This document shows, piece after piece, positions 54,401 to 64,000 of a stretch of 64,000 nt of DNA (the first letter of the stretch is position 1; each line of letters opens with the position of its first letter). The notes beneath the pieces were generated by a model. The model saw only the letters and a list, made by a program, of their open reading frames with translations. It had not been told where the DNA came from and searched no databases. Source of the stretch: Octopus vulgaris (lineage: Eukaryota); NCBI GenBank assembly GCA_951406725.2, contig OX597816.1, positions 93,372,001-93,436,000 on the forward strand, read 5' to 3'. Position numbers and translations under genes: made by a program.

Positions 54401-54760
54401 TGCAGGACAGCCTGCTGTGCTAACCTTGGATCGTAGAATGACCCATTGTTCTTGAGGAGACCTATTGAGTCAAGTACACCAACACCAACATCAAAATAAA
54501 AATCAAATGGAAATTATAGTTAAGATACCCGTGCCAGTGACACGTAAAAAGCACCATCCAAACGTAGCTGATGCCAGTGCTGCCTGACTGGCGTCTGTGT
54601 TGGTGACACGTAAAAAGCACCAACTACACTCACGGACTGGTTGGTGTTAGGAAGGGCGTCCAGCTGTAGAAACACTGCCACATCAGACTGGAGCTTGGTG
54701 CGTCCAACCCATGCTAGCATAGAAAACGGACGTTAAACGATGATGATGATAATGATGATT
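54390..54760 (+). mobile_element. SINE with RTE-type (GAT)n tail
   Basis: Same body repeats (GTGACACGTAAAAAGCACC) and tail as 39930-40330. Confidence 0.7.
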
Positions 54761-55817
54761 AAGGCAAACAGATATGAAAACTGATGTCTTAGAAAACACA
54801 TGCACATTGAAAAAAAAATCTTTTTTGACCAAAATATTGCTCTAAAAGAAGTGAAAAACTGTAACAGCCTCCAAGTCAGAAACAATAAAATGAAGGAATA
54901 TTTTGGTCACATTTATATGCATGAATACAAAAGTGGACCATGCCCTAGAAGTAGGGTTAGCACTAGGTTAGTTTTATGACATGGTTTCTGTATATATTAC
55001 CTTAGTGACATGCACTAATACAGTGTGATATATAGTACCACGTAACAGGGTAGAGACCAACTGTTTCCACTTAATGTATTCCCAATTACTCTGCCAACAA
55101 CTGTAACCAATTCAAAACAACTTCTCAACAATTTCCTGCGACTTCACGAACGACACCTTTTGACTTCTTGCGATTTCTCATCTCCTGCTCTCAGTCAAAC
55201 ACACTGCTACTTAGACAAGTTCAGCTAGTCCATTCTCACAGGGGGCGTCAATTCTTGCCATAACAGTTAGAAAGAAAGTCTCTTACTATTATATAAGTTT
55301 AAAGAGAGCTTTGTAAGGGATCAGAATTGATTAAAGGTGAGGTGGGGTTTTTTACAATAGCCTTTGGAGCCTAGCCTTTGGGATTCACTTCTTTAAAATG
55401 GATATTGTTCGAACATAAGAAGAGAGTAATTAAAGATTGCTTCTTTGGTAATTGTAATAACTGAAGAAAATTAGGTTGTCATGCTCATACCGGGGGTGTT
55501 TTGAGGTCTCAGTTTCAGGAAGATGCATTATACATTTAGTGTGTGGTACCAAAAGTTGCTTCTATAGGATGCCTAAGCAGAATATTAAGGAAGAATGAAT
55601 GGTGGTACCAGCTATAGTATACAGTTGACATTAGCTTTTCTTAGTTCATTTTCATAGTTTTTTTTTTAAGGTATTGATGATGTACTGTTAAAATCATATT
55701 TTTCATTATTTCTGCCATTAGTTCAGAACTTTTAAGCCATTGTTAGCTTCCATAATGATTCACTTCCTCTCTGTCCAGCCATGCAGGATAATGAACATTT
55801 GATTTTGTCTTTGTCAT

Positions 55818-55891
<74 letters not shown>

Positions 55892-56507
55892 TTTCTGTGA
55901 GTGTATCCGGCTGTTGTCATGTCCCTCATCTAAACTTTTCCTCTGTGTAATTAGGTTCTAGTTTGTACTTTAATATTTTCTAGATAGAGAGAGAAAGCAT
56001 TTTTTTCTGCATTTTGTCATGTTCGTTTATTATATCAATCAGTACATATTTGTTTGCTTCAAAGTATTCTTCTAAACCCATTACAGTTACTTTGTATCTG
56101 TTCACTGTTTTTATCAAGCCCACCCAACTCTATACCTTTGCTAAATGTATCCAATCTAAACTAGTTTTTAGAATAAACGGCTAAGAAAATAATATCCAGT
56201 TTTCTGTTTTCCTCCCTTAATCTCTTCAGTTGATTTAACATTCAATTCATTAAGCTGAAGCAAAAGGTTATAACTGGTATGACTTAAGTCTTTAGTCTTT
56301 AGTTCATTCCATCAATAACCTGCCATGTCTATGCTTGAGTTGTAAAATTTTACTTTGATTTGTTTAAATGGGTCTTTTGATTTTTCTGGCAAACCCATTT
56401 TTATAGCACATCTTTATTTATTCATTTATTTTTTTTTTGTACTGGGGCTTGGATTCAACTAGCTCCCACATTTGAATGATGATAACAAGATAGAGACCAG
56501 CTGATTC

Positions 56508-56561
<54 letters not shown>

Positions 56562-56951
56562 AGAGAAAGAGAGGAATTAACACTAATACTTTATTTTATT
56601 GATGTCAGAAGAATTAAAAGTTAAGTTGGCTTTGATGAAGTTTGGACTCAGAATGTAAAGAGTTAGAGCAAATACCTGAAGTGCCTAGTTTGTTTATACA
56701 TATAATCATATTTTTGCATTGAGTGTTTTCAAATATTCATCTACTCTGTGTTTGTGTGTGTGTGTGTGTACACATATACATATGAAGTTCATAACATAAT
56801 TTCTTATACCTTTGTCATTTTAATTTCTTATTACGTCTCTGTACTCAACTGGTGCTTTGTTCTAAAGTATGGCCACACACACACATACACACACATACAT
56901 ATATATATATACACACATGCATATATATTTATATATATATATATATACAAA

Positions 56952-57035
<84 letters not shown>

Positions 57036-58802
57036 GTTAAATACATATACTAATGCATATGCTTTGTGTTTTCTTAATTTTCTCTTTCATGTCTGTTACA
57101 AATAATGAGTATCTTTTATTCCTTTCTCTGAATCCAATGTCTGAATTTACCTTAATATTATGTGCTTTTGTTATAGTTTTTAAAACACTTCCTATAGTAG
57201 CCTTAACACATTTATATTATTCTACACGTATGTTGCTACCATTGAATTAATGTACAGTTTTTAGTAGGTTCTCCATCAGGGTATTTTCTCTTGTATATTG
57301 TATTAAATGATCCAAACAGAGAAAGAGATTTAAAGTTTGTCTATAGTAGTTGTAATAATTGGTGGCTTGATTCATTTGATTCATTAGTGGTGTCAAATCT
57401 AGAAAGAAGAGAGGTGATGATGAGATGTTGCCTCTCTCTCCCAGTAAAAATTATTTCCTCATGAGATGAAGATGGTTTGTATCATCTTCTTTTAATCATA
57501 CAGTATTATTGATCTTGCCCCCTTTTAATGTAGTATGGTTAATATTCTGCTTTGGTATTGGAACTGACTTGTTTATGTATGGTGTCTCCAATATACAGAA
57601 ATGTGATAAGCAAGTGAAGGCTTCTTAGTAATAAATCCATGTCTTACTTGGATATTTGTTCTTTTTTCAGCTAGCAGCTCAGATTACAAATAGCTATTCA
57701 TTACATCCATACATCCTCATCTGACGTGATTTCTACTCATCTGGTAATATATATTACATTCTAAATAAACAGCCTGTTGGAAAGTGTAGATATCAGGGAT
57801 TCGAATAGTGTTGATAAGCAGATTATTGGTTTGTAGTCTTAAGGGTTCATGATGATTTTGTTTTGGAGAGGGATTAATATTGTTTTTCCCCTCTAGTAAT
57901 GAATTGGTTTTACATTCCGGTCTTTTTTAGTAATTTATTGAATTTGTAATGTGTTGCCATAGCTCCATTTATATTGGTTAAATACTTTAACAAAGAAATT
58001 AGGGAGTTTATCGACTCTAAGCACTAGCAGTTTTGCTTGTGTTGCTATGGGCTCAATCAACCATCAATTCAGATATGAAAAAAAATCTAATTAAAAAGTA
58101 TTGTTCACTACTATGCTATCAGTCATGGCCATGTGGTGAAATCTGCTACTAGATATTTTCAAATTAGTGACATTTCAAAGCACATTTGGGTATCAACGAA
58201 GATCTAAAGTTGTATAACAAATCTATTTCTATGGTAACATGTTGTCCCTCCCAGCATTCTAAATAGATTTAAGTTATGACAGTAATTGCTGCTGCTTTGA
58301 ATGTTTTTAGTGTATACCATGCCATAAAGAATGACAGTTATTTCAATCATATTCTTTACATGATATTTCCTTAGATTTATAAAATTTTCTTTATAGTTAT
58401 TTTCATGAGTTTCCCTTATAGTTATAAAATTTTAACTTATTTTTTCCTTTCTATTCAGACTCTTTTAACCAAATCTTCTTTTCCATCATGCTGGTAAACA
58501 TCAAAGCTAAGAAGAAAAGACATTTTAATTTGAATTTTATATTTTTATAATTATATTGTTTATGTCATGAACAAAACTTATTCTCAAGAGTTATCTTTCT
58601 TAGATAACTATGTTGTCACACACCTTTATACCAAAAGTATATCTATAGGATATTATGAAATTAACTTCCATAAAGTTGTACAATCTGCTGTTAACAATAA
58701 TACTTTTTAATGCAGTAGAGTAGGCAGTGACGATAGTTTTACAGTGGCAATAACATAGAAGGTAAAAACAAAATTCTGTTAAAGCAATAAAGCTAGATTT
58801 AC

Positions 58803-58955
58803 TTGTACAATCTGGAAAACCATTTTAAATCTTTTATTATAAAAGGGCTTTGTGCAGTAATGTTTATTCCACAGTCTTTCCATTTGGCGGGTTCCTGCAG
58901 CTAACCATAATTCTTTTTCATATTGGTAATGCCATGTAAAATCTTTGAATGGAAA
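58803..58955 (-). other. Candidate host exon (153 nt, phase 0-0), unidentified
   Basis: CAG|FPFKDFTWHYQYEKELWLAAGTRQMERLWNKHYCTKPFYNKRFKMVFQIVQ|GTAAAT; only one frame is open; no homology recognised. Confidence 0.2.
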
Positions 58956-59085
58956 CTGGATGAATTCCAACTTAGAGATTAAAGCCAATATATGTTTGGT
59001 TAAAATGGAATTAGCCATAGCACAAATTACTAAACACAACTCAGGAAGAATTTGTGGGTCTGGTCCTGACATCACTGCTGGGAAA

Positions 59086-59132
<47 letters not shown>

Positions 59133-59639
59133 ATAGTGGCGGCAGCAGTAGTAGTGGGGTGGGTCATCATCATTGTTATCATCGTCATCATCATTGTCCA
59201 CATCATCATCAACATCATCATCATCATCATCATCATCATGGTCATCGTGGTAGCTGTGGTGGTTGAAGCGGTAGCAACAGCAGCAAGAGGAGGAGGAGAA
59301 GGAGGAGTGACAATAACAGCCAAAATAATTGCATTCATTGTTATTGTTATCTTTGTATTTTTATCCAGTGTACAACCATTATCATACCATTCCCTCAAAA
59401 CCCACCATCATCAAATTTTACTACTGTTAGAAACAGGTATAGATATGTAACCTAGAGCTTCACTTAGCAATCAGCATGCTTTTGGGATTCAGCCCATTTT
59501 GCAATATTTTCACAGTCACCTCAGACTGACCAATGTTTTATGACTGGAATTTTGTGGACAGAAAGTGTGTAGAAGTTTGTACCATGTATCTATACAGATA
59601 TATAAGGTGCATGTATGTGTGTGTATATGTTTGATTTAT

Positions 59640-60741
59640 TAGTAGTGTTGCTTAATATGTTTTGCTAAAATTGCTGTTTCTTTTCAGATATCATCAGACA
59701 TATCTATTGGACTTTCAAAGAGATCAAATTGTTGGTACTCATATGGCAAGTGTAGTGTAACAAAAACAGCTGAAAAGTTTGGTGTATCAAGACGTAATGT
59801 CTCAAAAGTAATGACAGCCTTTGAGAAGGAGGGAAAAACCTTCTCAGAAGTAAAACTTCAGAAGTAAACCAAAACTTTCAGATAGGGACCACCAACTCTT
59901 ATGTGAATTGTTAGAAAGGATCACAAAAGTAAAGCTCCCAAAATTACTGCAGAGCTTAATGACCACCTCAAGAACCCAGTTTCCTCAAAAACTGTTTGCC
60001 GGAAGCTGCACAAAGCTGGATTTCATGGGAGGGCTGCAATCAGAAAACCACTACTTTAAAAAACATATGTTACAAAGCATTTAGAGTGGAGTAAAATCCT
60101 AGAGAATTGGTCCCTAGAGCAGTGGAAGAACGTCATTTTCTCAGATGAGTAATCCTTTACCTTATTTCTGACCACCAGCCAAGTATATGTGTGGAGATAG
60201 TCAAAAGAAGCATTTAACGCAGACTGCCTTCTTCCAACTGTTAAACATGGCAGAGGATCTGTGATAGTCTGGGGCGGGGGGAGTGCTATATCTTGGAAGT
60301 CTGTTGGCCCAACGGTTTCCCTTCATGGCAGAATTAATAGTCAAGACTATTTAAGCATTTTATCTGATCAAATTCATCCTATGATAATGCACCAATCCAC
60401 ACAGCTAAAATTGTTACTGAGTGGTATGCAGAACATTCTAGTGAAGTTGAACATCTTCTCTGGCCACCACAGTCCCCAGATCTCAATATTATTGAACATT
60501 TATGGTGCATTTTAGAAAAACAAGTAAGAAGTCAACATCCTCCACCATCATCACTTCGAGAACTAAAGACTGTTTTAGCTGAAGAATGGACAAAAATTCC
60601 TTTGGAAACAATTTAAATTTTGTATGAGTCCATACCTCATAGAATTTACACTGTAATTACTGCCAAAGGCAATCCTACACCATATTAAAATAAATTTGTT
60701 TGAAATTTTAAGGTGTTTCCATTATTTTATCCAACCCCTAT

Positions 60742-60742
<1 letters not shown>
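59640..60742 (+). mobile_element. Decayed Tc1-like transposon
   Basis: DFQRDQIVG, WKNVIFSDE, VKHGRGSVIVWG, WPPQSPDLNIIEHLW; right TIR GGTGTTTCCATTATTTTATCCAACCCCTA + TA. Confidence 0.9.
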
Positions 60743-60793
<51 letters not shown>

Positions 60794-60899
60794 CATTTGT
60801 ATATATGTATAGATAGATAGGTAGACAGGCAGTCAGACAGACAGACAGACAGACAGAGAGATAGCTAGATAGATAGAGAGATAGACAGACAAGGTAAGA

Positions 60900-60952
<53 letters not shown>

Positions 60953-61681
60953 TAGTATGTCTTATATACATGGCACAAACATTATTTGACTTTGAAGATA
61001 ATACTTCAGGTAGAATGAAAAAAGATGTCTATTAAATAAAAAGAGTTACATTCTACTTTGAGTTTCACCTGGCATCTGGTGTAATTTCTTTTATATAATA
61101 AACATATATACATATGAGTGTTTATGTGTTTATATGTGTGTGTCTATGTCAGTCTCCATATCTATGCTTCTGTCAACTTGTGTAAAATTAGTGTTGTATC
61201 AAAAAGAGTAATGTAGTGATTCGGTGTATTACATTATGTTATAACAATTATATTATATTTTATTATATTACATTCTACTATATTATATTATACTACATAT
61301 TATATTATATCATATTATATTATATTATATTATATATTAGATTAGATTAGATTATATTATACCTTTTATCTTTTGCTTGCTTCATGACTGGGCATGCCCA
61401 TGATGGGCACCGCCTTGATGGGCACCATCTTGAAGAATTTTTAGACAAATGAATCGACCCCAGTGCTTTTCTTTTTTAAGCCTGGTGCTTGTTCTATTGG
61501 CTATTTTGTTGAAGTGCTAAGTTACAGAGCTATACACACACCAACACCAGTTGTCAAGTGGTGGTGGTGGAGGTGGTGGAGGCATCAAACACAGACACAA
61601 TAATACACACACACAAACGTACACACACACACACACAACACACACACACACAAACACAAACACATACACAAAACACATACA

Positions 61682-61731
<50 letters not shown>

Positions 61732-62053
61732 GGGTTTCTTCCAGTTTCCATCTACCAAATCTACTCAGAAGGCTTTAGTCAACCCAAAGCTTAGACAACA
61801 GTTACCCAAGGTACCAAACAGATGGACTGAATTTAGAAGCATCTAGATGGGAAGCAAACTTCTTACCACACAGTCACAAATGTATGTATATATGTATATA
61901 TATGTATATATATTATATTAAATTAGAGATAAAACCACTATTAGGCAAATCAAACAATGAAAAACATAACCCAATACATAAAATTAATTAATTTATATTA
62001 TTTTAAATATATATCAAAAGTATTAAAAGTTTAATAAAAGACAAAGAGTAAAA

Positions 62054-62122
62054 CACTACGATCGTTTCATGACTGTACAATTCGTAATAATTTGAGTTAT
62101 GGTTACAGTCAATCTTCAGGTA
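62054..62122 (-). ncRNA. Type I minimal hammerhead ribozyme variant in a Penelope-like fragment (about 61915-62150)
   Basis: UAC-CUGAAGA-U-UGACUGUA..UACAGUCA-U-GAAA-CGAUCG-UA|GUG; palindromic stem III; U-U pair at the base of stem II. Confidence 0.8.
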
Positions 62123-62150
62123 ATTGAAATATTTATCTTAGCGAGGTTTA

Positions 62151-62232
<82 letters not shown>

Positions 62233-62254
62233 CTATTTGTATATATATATATAC

Positions 62255-62386
<132 letters not shown>

Positions 62387-62391
62387 GTATG

Positions 62392-62436
<45 letters not shown>

Positions 62437-62439
62437 TTA

Positions 62440-63680
62440 TCATCATCATCATCATTTAGCATCTGCTTTCCATGCTGACATGGGTTAGACAGTTTGACTG
62501 GAACTGTTAAGCTGGAGATCTGCACCAGGTTCCACTCTAATTTGGCATGGTTTCTACAGCTGGATGCCCTTTCTCATGCCAACCACTCCAAGAGTGTAAC
62601 GAGTGCTTTTATGTGCCACTAGCACAGATGCTGATTATGTGACACCAGCATTGGCCACGACTACAATTTCACTTGGCTTGATGAATCTTCTGAAGCACAG
62701 CATATCGCCAAAAGTCTCAGTCACTTGTCATCACTTCTGTGAGGCCCAACATTCAACGATCATGCTTCACCACCTCATCTCATGTCTTTCTGAGTCTACC
62801 TCTTCCACAGATTCCCTTCACAATTAGAGAGTGACATTTCTTTTCACAACTGTGCTCAACCATATGGCCATACTATGGCAGTTGTCTCTCTTGCACACCA
62901 CATCTGATGCCACTTACACTCAACGTTTCTCTCAAGACGTTCACACTGTTAAACATGCACACTGACATTGCACATCCAGCAAAGCATACTAGCTTAATTT
63001 CTTTCACACCTACACATGTCTTCAGTGGTTACAGCCCCTGTTTCACAACCATGTAGCATGGCTGTTTGCACACTGGCATCATGCAATCTACCTTTCTCTC
63101 TGAAGGAGAAGCCCTTAATTACCAACAGGGGTAGGAGCTATCTGAACTTTGCCCAGCTTATTCTTATTCTAGCTGCTACGCTCTCAGTGTATCCACCTCC
63201 ACTACTGACTTGGTCACTTAGAAGCTATCAACTACTTCTAGGTATCCTGGTATTTGATGCATGTTTTTCTGTATATTTCTAGTGTTTATTATACCTGTGT
63301 ACCTGCCACACACAAAGACTATCTTCCCTGTCAATCTTCCTCTGATATTGCTGCACCTCTTGTGTATCCACAGTTTGCACTGAGTACATCTTATGAAGTT
63401 TCTACCTATTCCTTTTCTACATACTGATCAGGGCCATCTACCTCAAGGGATTTGTGATTTGTCCTCTTTCCTACTTACTAAGACTTTGGTGTTTGCTAAA
63501 TTAACTCTTGACTTTGCTTCCACACCTGAAATTTCTTCTCTAGTTCTGGTAATGATTCAGCAATAAGAACAAGGTCACCAGCATAGAAGAGCTCCCAAGG
63601 ACAGAGCAATTTAAATTCCTCTGTTATTGCCTGGAGGACTATGATGCACAAGAAGGGGCTGAGGACTGAACCCTAACAGA
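62440..63680 (-). mobile_element. Decayed RTE-like LINE 3' portion with (GAT)n tail
   Basis: Minus-strand GSVLSPFLCIIVLQAITEEF and PWELFYAGDLVL (decayed YADD); the 3' UTR matches the SINE tail at 40190-40330. Confidence 0.75.
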
Positions 63681-64000
63681 CTAGCTTGTTATGAAAATCT
63701 TTATAAGAGACAAAACAGTATCTATACTGAGAAGTAATGTTTATTACCATCTAAACATGGGTGTTCTCTGAGAATGGATAATATTATTTTAACCCCTGGA
63801 GGATGCCTCCTCCAGCAGATTGTTCAGTGCACTTCACACTTGATATATATTGCAAGCAGGGAGAGAACTCCCTATCATTTTCCTTTCTCTTTTACTTGTT
63901 TCAGTCATTCAACTACAACCATGCTGGTGCACTGCCTTGTGTATATAAATATATACATAATGAGCTTCTGTCTGTTTCTATCCAACAAATCCACTCACAA

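Noticed and set aside
55300-58000. Possible very old minus-strand retroelement
   Set aside because: Purine skew is suggestive, but no diagnostic motif could be read.

Overview
AT-rich, microsatellite- and transposon-dense eukaryotic DNA with no confidently identifiable host gene. The SINE/LINE repertoire is characteristic of an Octopus (coleoid cephalopod) genome; this is inferred from recalled repeat families, not from a search. Contents: decayed Dong/R4, RTE and Penelope-like retroelements, Helitrons (one with an OTU protease), Tc1 and mariner relics, a solo LTR and many SINEs. Four structures stand out. (1) A near-intact Tx1/L1-clade LINE (22194-27421) lies head-to-tail with an ORF1-only half element (20331-22184). 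They share the first 14 nt and last 48 nt and sit in the same target site ((C)CGATAGGA, present three times), yet their ORF1 proteins are only about 40% identical. (2) A SINE at 14270-14494 carries the same 3' tail, suggesting a three-member LINE / half-LINE / SINE system. (3) A pair of 265-bp inverted repeats (8050-8314 and 30514-30778, 9 mismatches) is flanked by an exact 8-bp duplication (AAAAATTG), bracketing a 22.7-kb putative macro-transposon. (4) Three minimal type I hammerhead ribozymes with enlarged stem II lie in Penelope-derived fragments within (TA)n tracts. All alignments and counts were done by eye, and boundaries of decayed elements are approximate.
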